Assembly: GCF_001194135.2 (NCBI RefSeq)
Contig: NC_068991.1
Location: forward strand, 73,929,779 to 73,993,778
Length of the DNA: 64,000 bases
Origin: Octopus bimaculoides
Taxonomy: Eukaryota
Reading direction: 5' to 3'
Positions 12,443-24,994 of the stretch are shown piece by piece (within the stretch, counting starts at the first letter, position 1; the number at the start of each line of letters is the position of its first letter). Under the pieces are notes generated by a model, which worked only from the letters and a program-made list of their open reading frames with translations, did no database searches and was not told the origin of the DNA. The position numbers and the translations under genes are program-made.

Positions 12443-12605
12443 GATAATAATAATAATAATAATAACATTGAAAAATACCTTAGGAATGAGAACCCAGGTT
12501 TGAAATTTCCCCAAGACACCTGATGAAGTTTGGAGGGTATATCAGCCGAAACGTGTTAACAACAAACAGGATGAGAACAAAATATCTGTCAAATGTAAAT
12601 AACGT
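11990..12605. mobile_element. Head-to-head inverted pair of the tRNA-headed hammerhead SINE (11990-12340 minus, 12341-12605 plus)
   Basis: The two arms are reverse-complement homologues. A 12-bp direct repeat AAAATCTCTTTT flanks the whole unit (11978-11989 and 12606-12617). Confidence 0.9.
12079..12124 (-). ncRNA. Minimal (Penelope-type) type I hammerhead ribozyme, intact core
   Basis: RNA sense GACAC CUGAUGA A GGCUG gaggguauau CAGUC GAAA CGU U GUGUU. Stem I is GACAC/GUGUU, stem II is GGCUG/CAGUC, stem III is the loopless palindrome ACGU, and the predicted cleavage is after GUU. Activity is not shown. Confidence 0.75.
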
Positions 12606-12822
12606 AAAATCTCTTTTTATTTAACAACTTCTAAGAATCACAATTAAGAACAAAATCTAAGGCAAAAAAAACCATCACAAAGGTAGATTAGTAATTAACA
12701 ATAATAAAATGGTGAATATGTTAATTATTTAAAGAGCAATGAAATAAAAGGTACTTAGACATCTTCTGTGTCAGGTAACGAATGCAAATTATATTTTTCC
12801 AGGGAGGTCTTTGATCATTGAA

Positions 12823-12890
12823 TCTTGATTGACGTAGACTCTTGACTGACTAAAACTCTTGATTGGCTAAGACTCTTGATTGACTTAAGA
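12823..12890. repeat. ~17-bp tandem repeat, about 4 copies (ACTCTTGATTGACTAAG)
   Basis: Directly visible, immediately 3' of the candidate exon's stop codon on the minus strand. Confidence 0.8.
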
Positions 12891-12891
12891 G

Positions 12892-13055
12892 TCATGATAG
12901 TGTCACACAACGAAGTTTATTCCAGCAATGTTCCACATACCAACAACAAGGTTTAAAAACATAATAGTCTTGAAGAGTTTGTACAGCATTGGCAAACCTG
13001 ATGTCAGGATGTGGTAGAAAACACTTGTTCAAGATTCCACGCAGTAAAACAGAAC
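12892..13055 (-). CDS. Candidate terminal coding exon (phase 1): (G)SVLLRGILNKCFLPHPDIRFANAVQTLQDYYVFKPCCWYVEHCWNKLRCVTLS*; possibly a kinase-fold C-terminal subdomain XI
   Basis: Good acceptor (tttcactttgcaatttggttttag|), open non-repetitive frame to TGA, protein-like composition. The L..I..KC..PHP..R...V..L pattern resembles kinase subdomain XI. No upstream exons were found; several gaps could hide them. Confidence 0.35.
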
Positions 13056-13696
13056 CTAAAACCAAATTGCAAAGTGAAATACATACAACAAACAGTGATT
13101 CCTGTGCCTCATAATCACTCCGTCTCACCACCACCACCACCAACAGCATCGCTGCCACCAAAAGCATGTTCGTGTCTAAAGATGAGGTTAATAGAATAAA
13201 AAAATGTGCAATCTTATATCATTGTTTTATTTAATATTTTATTTTCAATTTTATTTTGTTTACTATTTTCTCAAAATCATAATTCTGCTATACTATAGTT
13301 AAAAAATTTTTTTTTTTCCTAAAAGTAATTAAAATTACTTTTATAAAAGTAATTAAAATTACTTTTATAAAAGTAATTAAAATTGTCTAGGTAATTACTA
13401 TTTCGTGTGTAACAAATTGGTTATAAAGCCCGTTTCTTTTTTTTTTTTCTTTCTTTCTTTTTTTTTTTTTCTTTTGAAGACTTTTGATGTGAATGAAGAT
13501 CAGGCTGGCACTAAACTATTAAAATAAAATAAGAAAGAATTTAAGAATGCCACATCATTTTCATCTCATCCACATCTCACCAACAAACTTGCAGAGTGTA
13601 AAGGGCATGACATTTCCTTCCGATACATATCATTAACCCTCTTGATTATCAACCCACCTGAAACTACCCCTGGTTCTACGATGCAAACTTCCTGCT

Positions 13697-13949
13697 TTAA
13701 CCCGTTCACGACGATCTTCCCTTTAAACTAACACTTAATTTATAAGGGTATAAAACAAATACTTGATACATATTGTGATTTGTGTATGATCTGTATCAAA
13801 GAATGAAACATGTTCTTAACACGTATGCAGTCTGTATCAAACAGATTTCAATGAAATTTTTGTCAGTGGTTATTTAGGTCAAAATACAAGTATCTGTGAA
13901 ATTTCGGGCAATTTCATTCATTAGAAAAATTTCCGCTCGAATGGGTTAA
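13697..13949 (+). mobile_element. piggyBac-type MITE, copy 1 (TTAA-CCCGTTC...GAATGGG-TTAA)
   Basis: TIR and TTAA at both ends; highly similar to 14204-14457. Confidence 0.88.
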
Positions 13950-14203
13950 TCCGTCACTGAGGCTAGACTGCCCCATCCTCCACGACACACTTTTAATCCG
14001 GCACTTAGGCTAGAACGTCCCTCACTCCTCGACCTACGTATATTCCTGCACTTAGTCTAGACTGCCTACCCCCTGCACAATGTACATCATCCCCCACTCT
14101 ACAGGCTACGTTTAGTCCGGCATGTTGGTTAATTTGCCTCCCCACCATAGCTAACATTTAATCCGGCACTTATGCTAGATTGTCCCCTCTCCATGGCCTA
14201 CAT
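13950..14203. repeat. Degenerate ~45-50 bp minisatellite (TTAATCCGGCACTTAGGCTAGACTG..CCCC) between the two MITEs
   Basis: Motif TCCGGCACTTA.GCTAGA recurs about 5 times. Confidence 0.75.
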
Positions 14204-14457
14204 TTAACCCATTCATGCCAATCATCCTTTTAAAACTGACACTTGATTTATAAGGGTATAAAACAAATATTCCATACATATTGTGATTTGTTTATGATCT
14301 GTATCAAAGAATGAAACATGTTCTTAACACATATGCAGTCTGTATCAAGCGGATTTCAATGAACTTTTTTTCAGTTGTTATTTAGGTCAAAATACAAATA
14401 TCTGTGAAATTTCAGACAATTTCATTCACGAGAAAAATTTCCGCACGAATGGGTTAA
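14204..14457 (+). mobile_element. piggyBac-type MITE, copy 2 (TTAA-CCCATTC...GAATGGG-TTAA)
   Basis: TIR and TTAA at both ends; direct repeat of 13697-13949. Confidence 0.88.
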
Positions 14458-15368
14458 GTGATCTCACTTAAAACTGTTCATCAAAATTTCATGCAAATTT
14501 TTCTTCTGAATATCAGTTTAATTGTTTGTTGGTACTCCGTCGCTTACGACATCGAGGGTTCCAGTTGATCCAATTAAAAGAACAGCCTGCTCATGAAAAT
14601 TAACGTGCAAGTGGCTGAGCACTCCACAGACACGTGTACCCTTAATGTAGTTCTCGGGGGATATTCAGCGTGACACAGTGTGACAAGGCTGACCCTTTGA
14701 ATTACAGGCACAACAGAAACAGGAAGTAAGAGTGAAAGAAAGTTGTGGTGAAAGAGTACAGCAGGGTTCGTCACCATCCCCTGCCGGAGCCTCGTGGAGC
14801 TTTNNNNNNNNNNNNNNNNNNNNNNNNNNNNNNNNNNNNNNNNNNNNNNNNNNNNNNNNNNNNNNNNNNNNNNNNNNNNNNNNNNNNNNNNNNNNNNNNN
14901 NNNNNNNNNNNNNNNNNNNNNNNNNNNNNNNNNNNNNNNNNNNNNNNNNNNNNNNNNNNNNNNNNNNNNNNNNNNNNNNNNNNNNNNNNNNNNNNNNNNN
15001 NNNNNNNNNNNNNNNNNNNNNNNNNNNNNNNNNNNNNNNNNNNNNNNNNNNNNNNNNNNNNNNNNNNNNNNNNNNNNNNNNNNNNNNNNNNNNNNNNNNN
15101 NNNNNNNNNNNNNNNNNNNNNNNNNNNNNNNNNNNNNNNNNNNNNNNNNNNNNNNNNNNNNNNNNNNNNNNNNNNNNNNNNNNNNNNNNNNNNNNNNNNN
15201 NNNNNNNNNNNNNNNNNNNNNNNNNNNNNNNNNNNNNNNNNATATATATAAATATATACGCCCACACACACACACATAAGTGTGGGGAGGGAGTTTGTGT
15301 GCATGCATTGAGTGGTATTGAACCCAATGCTCCAATGCCGACAGGAACAACCGTTATGATTTTCTCTA

Positions 15369-15412
<44 letters not shown>

Positions 15413-16078
15413 GTTTAGTCAAGAAGTTCAGTACCCACAACTTTTCCCTGAGATTTCCAAGGCTCATGAACGGAAGGGAAATGGCAAAACATCCTCCATA
15501 GCGTAGCCCTCGACCAAATGCTTACAAGCAACAGATTCGACTCCACCCAAGTTAATTAATAAATTCCTCGTTATCCTTGTCTATTTACATCTCCTGATCC
15601 CTTCAACTCCCTTAAAACTGCATCAACTCATTGCACTTAGCTTTCTCTTTTACTACATATCTAATTTCTCTCATGCTGTATGCTAACATTGGCATTTAAA
15701 AACGGCAATTCCTTCTGCCTGCTCCACTCACCACCACCACCATCACCACCGTCCTTATTCTATGCCCACCCACCGATCCTTATTTTAGTCTGCTTTCTAA
15801 GGTTGTTGTTTTTCTTTCTTTTTTTTTCCTTAATTCTCTTTTTAATAATTTTTTTTTAGGGGTTCTATATTTGTTCTCCTCCCCATCATATGATGCTATC
15901 GACTGTCAGAAACGGCAACATCTGATACTTTAGTTTCCTAACTTAGCTGCTTGCACAACGTTGGCCCCTATTTATTTATTCATTTATTTATTCATTTATT
16001 TACTTTACCTTTATTCTTATTTGTATTTTTTATTTTGCTTTCATAGGAAAGGGGTTCCGCATTGTGTGTTCATATATA

Positions 16079-16111
<33 letters not shown>

Positions 16112-16121
16112 NNNNNNNNNN

Positions 16122-16182
<61 letters not shown>

Positions 16183-16713
16183 CATGCATACATGTATATT
16201 TATGTGTGTATGTATGTGTATGTGTGTGTGCATGTGTGTGTTGTCTGTGTGTCTCTGTATGTGCATGTGTGTGTATGCATGTGTGTGTGTGTGTGTGTGT
16301 GCACATGTGTGTGTGTGGGAGGACGTGTTACCTTCTGCATTTCCATTTATGTGCACTTGTTGAACTGCCATCATCTCATTCTCATCAAAACATTTACAAA
16401 CTCCATCTTTCATCCGCCTAATCATCATTACAATATTCACCATCATCATCATCATCATCATCATCATCACCACCACCACCACCATCATCATCACCATCAT
16501 CATCATCGTCATCATCATCATCTTCGTCGTCGTCATTGTCATCACTATAATCATCATCATCATCATCATCTTTATCATTATCATCATCATGTAGTCATTT
16601 GGCCTGCTAGAAATAGCAACCAAATAACACCCAACCAGAAATCTCTCCTAACTGTCTTACAAAAACAAAGACACCCTGAATGATTTAGTCCTAGATACTC
16701 AGTGCATCTAGAA

Positions 16714-17045
16714 CAGGCATGGCCAACTCGAATTACATTGAGGACCATTTTAATCACAAGAAGCTTTTTGAGGGCCACTTATATCCTTTCAGAATTGAAA
16801 ACATTTTGCTTTCTCATGCTATTATTACAATAATGAATGAATGATTGTTGATTCAACATGAAATATTATCATTGCAAAAACAGTAGTAGCTTTCTTTTTT
16901 TACTTTTCATTAAAATCTTTAATTTTTGACAAAATTTTTAAAATGTTTGTTTAAATAAACTCATTTCAAGAAAGTATGAAGTGGGCCACAAGGTAAAAGT
17001 CTACGGGCCACATGCGGCCCGCGGACTTCAGGTTGGCCAGCCCTG
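16714..17045. mobile_element. hAT-Charlie-like MITE
   Basis: TIRs CAGGCATGGCCAAC / GTTGGCCAGCCCTG, with a perfect 8-bp TSD ATCTAGAA (16706-16713, 17046-17053) matching the NTCTAGAN target preference of Charlie elements. Confidence 0.92.
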
Positions 17046-19611
17046 ATCTAGAATAAAGGAAGGCTATAGGTGAGACCTCTCTTACCAAAGCCAGAGACCT
17101 CTTTGGTGGCTGTGGGGTTATGAACCTTGCTTACCAACCACATGGTTCCAGGTTCAGTCCCACTGCGTGGCACCTTGGGCAAGTGTCTTCTACTATAGCC
17201 TTGAGCCGACCAAAGCCTTGTGAGTGGATTTGGTAGATANNNNNNNNNNNNNNNNNNNNNNNNNNNNNNNNNNNNNNNNNNNNNATTTGGGAAACAGAAA
17301 CCAAAAGAAACCCATTGTGTGTGTGTGTGTCTGTCTGTGTGTCTGTGTGTCTGTGTGTGTGTGTCTCTGTGTGTGTGTCTGTGTGTGTGTGTGTCTGTGT
17401 GTGTGTCTGTGTGTGTGTGTGTGTGTATACATAGGTGCAGGAGTGGCTGTGTGGTAAGTAGCTTGCTTACCAACCACATGGTTCCAGGTTCAGTCCCACT
17501 GCGTGGCACCTTGGGCAAGTGTCTTCTACTATAGCCTTGAGCCGACCAAAGCCTTGTGAGTGGATTTGGTAGATAGAAACAGTAAGAAGCCCGCTGTATA
17601 TATGTGAATGTGTATGTGTGAGTGTTTGTGTGTCTGTGTTTGTCCCTCCCACCATCGCTTGACAATCGATGTTGGTGTGCTTACGTCCCCATAACCTAAC
17701 GGTTCAGCAAAAGACACCAAAAGAATAAGTACTAGTGGTGACTATGATGATGCTGCTGATGATGATGATGTTGATGATACTGATGGTGATGATGATGATG
17801 GTGGTGGTGGTGGTGGTGGTGGTCGTCGTCGTCGTCGTCGTCGTCGTCGTGGTGATGATGATGGTGGTGATGATGATAATGACGACGATGATGATGCTGC
17901 TGATAATGACAACGATGATGACGATGGTGATTATGGTGATGATGATCACGATGGAAACATTTGACGACGACAATGACGACGAAGCCGATGATTTGGTATG
18001 GCGATGACCTTTCGGGAAATAAATTAAAGTTTATTACTAACAACATAACACAACATTCTACAACAGTAACAATAGGCTATATTAATGAACCAAACAGATT
18101 GACATTTCCATTGAGAAAGGAAAGAAAGCTTCTCTATCAGAAAGTTCAATACGAACCGCATTTAATAACGAACTCCACTTTGATTTGGCTGAAACAATGA
18201 GAGGTGTTGCTGGTCCTTCAAACAGAAAGGAAATATTGACCGATTGATATCTCTTTCGTGCAGGCTTTTATCCATTCTATAGGCTTGATATTTGATATAT
18301 ACTTTCCTTTTATATACAGTCACATATACACACATACATACATACATACATACATACATACATACATACATACATACATGTATATATACATACATATATA
18401 CATACATACATACAGACATACATACATACAGACATACATACAGACATACATACAGACATACATACAGACATACATACATACATACAGACATACATACATA
18501 CATACATACAGACAGATAGACAGACAGACATACACATAGGCTCAAACACATGTCTGTATACATGTTTACATTTGTGTATTGCACAGACACATACACCTAC
18601 CTCTCAAACACAAGTACACANNNNNNNNNNNNNNNNNNNNNNNNNNNNNNNNNNNNNNNNNNNNNNNNNNNNNNNNNNNNNNNNNNNNNNNNNNNNNNNN
18701 NNNNNNNNNNNNNNNNNNNNNNNNNNNNNNNNNNNNNNNNNNNNNNNNNNNNNNNNNNNNNNNNNNNNNNNNNNNNNNNNNNNNNNNNNNNNNNNNNNNN
18801 NNNNNNNNNNNNNNNNNNNNNNNNNNNNNNNNNNNNNNNNNNNNNNNNNNNNNNNNNNNNNNNNNNNNNNNNNNNNNNNNNNNNNNNNNNNNNNNNNNNN
18901 NNNNNNNNNNNNNNNNNNNNNNNNNNNNNNNNNNNNNNNNNNNNNNNNNNNNNNNNNNNNNNNNNNNNNNNNNNNNNNNNNNNNNNNNNNNNNNNNNNNN
19001 NNNNNNNNNNNNNNNNNNNNNNNNNNNNNNNNNNNNNNNNNNNNNNNNNNNNNNNNNNNNNNNNNNNNNNNNNNNNNNNNNNNNNNNNNNNNNNNNNNNN
19101 NTGTGTATATGTATATGTATATGTATATACATATGTAGGCTATGTGGGTAAGAAGCTCAATTCCCAACCACATCGTTTTGGGTTCCATCCCAGTGTGTAT
19201 AGCACCATAGTACCTTGGGCAAATGTCTCCTACCTAAACCTTTGAACCAACCAAAGCCTTGTTACTTTATTTGGTGGGCAAAATCTAAAGTCCACCACGT
19301 CTACATGTATGTGCGAAGCTGCTTGTGCTCCAAACGGTTGACGGACAATTCTTATTTCTTTACTGCCCACAAGGGGCTAAACATAGAGGGGTCAAACAAG
19401 GACAGACAAACGGGTTAAGTCGATTACATCGACCCAGTGCATAACTGGTACTTAATCTATTGACTCCGAAAGGATGAATGGCAAAGTCGACCTCGGCGGA
19501 ATTTGAACTCAAAACGTAACGGCAGACGAAATACTGCTAAGCATTTCGTCTGGCGCAATAACGTTTCTGCCAACTCGACGGACATTTCATCGACAGACAA
19601 CTTACAGACAG

Positions 19612-19760
19612 GACTATTGTGTGGAATGGTGCAGAGTCCTGTTGCCAGACACAGGGCGTTCCAGCAGCCACCCTCTTGACCCAGGGCAGCACAACCTCCT
19701 CCAGGCACTTGATGTAGGCCTCTGTGTTGAGTCTATGCTGTGTGAGAATTGTCTTGTCTG
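19612..19760 (-). mobile_element. Tc1/mariner transposase remnant (second catalytic Asp region)
   Basis: RLNTEAYIKCLEEVVLPWVKRVAAGTPCVWQQDSAPFHT contains the typical QQD.AP.H motif. Confidence 0.85.
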
Positions 19761-21471
19761 TAGGCAAATTGTCTGTCAAGGAATTGTTTGCACCTGGCGC
19801 CAAACAGCAACCATTTTCCAGGGTGTACCAAGTGCTTTTTCCGTGGTTCCAGCATAAGTGAGGCTGACATGCAGTTTGTAAGAATAAGATTCTCTTCAGC
19901 TGAGTAAGGCTACAGCAGAGGGGGTTTTATGCTAAAGGGTTTTATGCCAGGCTTTATACTGGGAGATGAGAGTTTCAAATATGAGAGAAGGGTCCAAAAC
20001 AAAAAAGGTCTCTTGTTGTGAAAGAGTTACATGGTTACTCCCATTTTAGAAGAATAGGTGAGAGTGATGGGGGTGGAACTGGAAAGAGGGATAAAATAGG
20101 GGTGATGAGGTATGAGGTGAGTAGAAGTGAATGGGGACAGAAAAAAGGGAGCATGAGTGGTTGGACATTGGGAGAGGATGTAGGAAGAATAAGAGGCAGT
20201 TAGAGATGTGAAATAAATGAGGGATTGAATATAAATAAAGAACAAGTATTGAGAGATAAAAAATAGACATCGGAGGGAAGAGTAGGTGATGACTGTAAGG
20301 ATTAGGTACAGCTGAAGAGGGTGGATGTAGTGAATAGTGCATAAGGGTTAGGGAGTAATCAATGGTGCATATGATTTTGGAGGGAAGTAGGGGAGAGTAG
20401 GTGATGACTGGCAATACAGAGACGGGTAAACATCAGCAGTATATTAACACTAATACAGTAAACAATGAAAGGACAAAAACAGAGATGACTGTGAGAGTGT
20501 GAGGGGAGAGAGAGATATGGTACAGGAGGAGAGTGAGAGGTGTATGGTTGGGGAAGGAGAGATAATTTGGTGGCACAGATGGTGTTACATTTGCACTTCC
20601 CAAAGATCAGTGGGTTAGAAGCGGTGATGTTGTTATTATTTCCCCTGTTGACAAATCATCCATTGCGTGTGTGGGGAGGACTGCACATATATATATATTT
20701 ATATANNNNNNNNNNNNNNNNNNNNNNNNNNNNNNNNNNNNNNNNNNNNNNNNNNNNNNNNNNNNNNNNNNNNNNNNNNNNNNNNNNNNNNNNNNNNNNN
20801 NNNNNNNNNNNNNNNNNNNNNNNNNNNNNNNNNNNNNNNNNNNNNNNNNNNNNNNNNNNNNNNNNNNNNNNNNNNNNNNNNNNNNNNNNNNNNNNNNNNN
20901 NNNNNNNNNNNNNNNNNNNNNNNNNNNNNNNNNNNNNNNNNNNNNNNNNNNNNNNNNNNNNNNNNNNNNNNNNNNNNNNNNNNNNNNNNNNNNNNNNNNN
21001 NNNNNNNNNNNNNNNNNNNNNNNNNNNNNNNNNNNNNNNNNNNNNNNNNNNNNNNNNNNNNNNNNNNNNNNNNNNNNNNNNNNNNNNNNNNNNNNNNNNN
21101 NNNNNNNNNNNNNNNNNNNNNNNNNNNNNNNNNNNNNNNNNNNNNNNNNNNNNNNNNNNNNNNNNNNNNNNNNNNNNNNNNNNNNNNNNNNNNNNNNNNN
21201 NNNNNNNNNNNNNNNNNNNNNNNNNNNNNNNNNNNNNNNNNNNNNNNNNNNNNNNNNNNNNNNNNNNNNNNNNNNNNNNNNNNNNNNNNNNNNNNNNNNN
21301 NNNNNNNNNNNNNNNNNNNNNNNNNNNNNNNNNNNNNNNNNNNNNNNNNNNNNNNNNNNNNNNNNNNNNNNNNNNNNNNNNNNNNNNNNNNNNNNNNNNN
21401 NNNNNNNNNNNNNNNNNNNNNNNGACAGACAGACAGACAGACAGACAGACGGACGGACGGACGGACGGACG

Positions 21472-21541
<70 letters not shown>

Positions 21542-22306
21542 CACAGTTGTTTTCTTTTCTTTGGGGGGCTTTTTTGGGCGGTGGGGAGGAGGGGTCCATA
21601 AATAGATATTCATAAAGAATACCCCCATGAACCTTCTCTCTCCAACACCACCACAACCACCACCACCATCACCACCACCACCATCACCATCACCATCATC
21701 ATCATCATCATCATCTTCTTCAGTTTCACGACTCTATCAGCAGGTTGTTAGTTTATTCCCTTGGCCAGGATGTGTATCTAAAAGTAATCAGATCTGAGGA
21801 GTAGGTAACAAGGAGTTATTTGATACGGCTGTGGAAGAGAGTACAGTGTGTCAGTTATGCGAGAGAATATATGTAACAATTGACGACGAAAGAGCCACAG
21901 AAATGAATCTTCGCTTAGTTTTAGTGAGGAATTATCTGAAGAGAGTACAAAACTGGAGGATGAGTTTTCTGAGGTAGACTGGCATCGAATTATGTAATTT
22001 GACATTTAATACGAAGAGTTTGTCATGTTAACAGGTAAGGCAAGCGCTACACACACACTCACGCACTCATGCATGAATACATACACACACACACGCACAC
22101 ACACACACACACATGTGCACATGATCACATGCATAAACACACGTGTGTGCGTGTGTATATGGAGATGTACATTTATAGATAAATACAGATAGAGATGGAG
22201 AGAGAGAGACAGACAGACAGACTGACAGACAGACAGACAGGTGGTCGGACGGATGGATGGATGGACAGATTGATAGAGAGAGAGATTGATAGAGAAAAGG
22301 AGAGAT

Positions 22307-22343
<37 letters not shown>

Positions 22344-22436
22344 GAGACAGACAGACAGACAGACAGGCAGGCAGACAGACAGGCAGACAGAAAGGCGGAC
22401 AGTCGGACACATGGATAGATAGATGATTATGTAAAT

Positions 22437-22473
<37 letters not shown>

Positions 22474-22486
22474 AAGAAAGAAAGAA

Positions 22487-22541
<55 letters not shown>

Positions 22542-23619
22542 NNNNNNNNNNNNNNNNNNNNNNNNNNNNNNNNNNNNNNNNNNNNNNNNNNNNNNNNNNN
22601 NNNNNNNNNNNNNNNNNNNNNNNNNNNNNNNNNNNNNNNNNNNNNNNNNNNNNNNNNNNNNNNNNNNNNNNNNNNNNNNNNNNNNNNNNNNNNNNNNNNN
22701 NNNNNNNNNNNNNNNNNNNNNNNNNNNNNNNNNNNNNNNNNNNNNNNNNNNNNNNNNNNNNNNNNNNNNNNNNNNNNNNNNNNNNNNNNNNNNNNNNNNN
22801 NNNNNNNNNNNNNNNNNNNNNNNNNNNNNNNNNNNNNNNNNNNNNNNNNNNNNNNNNNNNNNNNNNNNNNNNNNNNNNNNNNNNNNNNNNNNNNNNNNNN
22901 NNNNNNNNNNNNNNNNNNNNNNNNNNNNNNNNNNNNNNNNNNNNNNNNNNNNNNNNNNNNNNNNNNNNNNNNNNNNNNNNNNNNNNNNNNNNNNNNNNNN
23001 NNNNNNNNNNNNNNNNNNNNNNNNNNNNNNNNNNNNNNNNNNNNNNNNNNNNNNNNNNNNNNNNNNNNNNNNNNNNNNNNNNNNNNNNNNNNNNNNNNNN
23101 NNNNNNNNNNNNNNNNNNNNNNNNNNNNNNNNNNNNNNNNNNNNNNNNNNNNNNNNNNNNNNNNNNNNNNNNNNNNNNNNNNNNNNNNNNNNNNNNNNNN
23201 NNNNNNNNNNATTTATTATGATATTATTATTGCATTGAATACAAATTATATAATATTATATTAAATATCAAATGATTCATAATATACATATAAATTAGTA
23301 AAATATAGAATATTTATTTATTCATAAAAATAGGAGTGGGGGCACTGAGGGTATTATGAGGCCATGGGGCGGGGCGGTGGCCCAAAAAGTTTGAGAACCT
23401 CTGTACTAAAGGCATAAGGTCTGAAATTTTGTGGGAAGGGGTTCAGTCGATTACTTTGACTCCAGTGCGTAACTGGTACTTAATTTATTGACCCTGAAAG
23501 GATGAAAGGCAAAGTCAACCTCAGCGGAATTTGAACTCAGAACAAAATGGCAGACGAAATACCGCTAAGCATTTCATCTGGCATGCTCACGATTCTGACA
23601 GCTCACCGCCTTCATAATG

Positions 23620-23670
<51 letters not shown>

Positions 23671-24111
23671 TTATTTTTACCCCTTAGGAGAAACAGCAGT
23701 GCCCATGTCTCTTTACAGGATCTCAAGGAGTAAAGCGCCGAGCTGGCAGAAACGTTAGCATGCCGAGCGAAACGCTTAACGGTATTTCATCTGTCTTTAC
23801 ATTCTAAGTTCAAATTCCGTCAAGGTCGACGTTGCCTTTCATTCCTTTGGGGTCGATAAATTAAGTACCAGTTGTGTACTGGCCCCTCCCCCAAAATTTC
23901 AGGCCTTGTGCCTAGACTAGAAAAGGGTCTCAAGGAGGGATGGGAAGGAAGAAAGGAGGAAGATGCCATTACACCAGAGACCTGGTCCAAATGACTGCAA
24001 CAGAACGGATACCACTGAGGGCATCAAAGGACCAGGTGATGGTGTTAAACAAAACCAGGGATTAAATATACCAAGCAAGCACGGGATTTGATAACAAATG
24101 AAGAAGACAAA

Positions 24112-24151
<40 letters not shown>

Positions 24152-24152
24152 A

Positions 24153-24185
<33 letters not shown>

Positions 24186-24347
24186 CAAGTAAAAAGCAAT
24201 AAAGCATTGGGACAGAACAAATACCACAAGGCATCTTTTCTTGATTTTCTAAAGATTCCACCATTCCACTGCTCTAGACAGGTATTATATTTATTAACCC
24301 CTAGAAGTATGAAAGTGTGCGTTTGTGTGTCTGTGTGTATGTGTGTA

Positions 24348-24386
<39 letters not shown>

Positions 24387-24994
24387 GCATGATGGGTTGT
24401 GTATTCTTGTTTTGATATTGTGTGATAGTTGTAAATGAACGTCACCCTCATACATGTGGTGTATCTTGTTTCCAGTTCCCCCATGAAAATATGTCCGGTC
24501 ATGGGATGGGGGGTGGGGAAATATCAGCTTGCTTCCTTCGATAACAAGTGAGGTTTGGCAACAGGGAGGGCACCCAGCCATAAAACATCTGCTTCAACAA
24601 ACTTCATCCGACCCATGACCCATGCATGGCAAAGTAGACAAAAAAAACTGATTATGACAATGACAATAATGGCAGCAATGATCGCAAAAATAATTACAAC
24701 GTATCGTATAATCTCTCTTGAAATAAATAGAGTTTAATTCTCATTATTGCAGATATTTTTCCAAGCTTCTTCTTTGATGTTGAAGTCTCCATCTTACACG
24801 ACCATTCTCTTTGATGTTTGAGATGAATCAGTTATTACAGCATTGAAGCTGTCAAGATCCTCCTTGTCCCAGCAGTTTATTTTTTTTTTAAGCTCTGTCT
24901 TCTGCGTCTTTTACTTCTTATTCCTGCTTCTGAATCTCAAACGTGACCCACGGCAATAATTCCTTTCCCGAATTCTCTTCTCCAGTACTTAGGG

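Noticed and set aside
17095-17580. Two identical SINE segments (17130-17239 and 17465-17575) either side of a 45-N gap
   Set aside because: They share rare variants exactly and flank a gap, so most likely an assembly overlap artefact rather than a real duplication.
18085-18220. Open frames on both strands (minus: PATPLIVSAKSKWSSLLNAVRIELSDREAFFPFS..)
   Set aside because: An acceptor is present, but there is no credible donor before the stop and no recognised homology.
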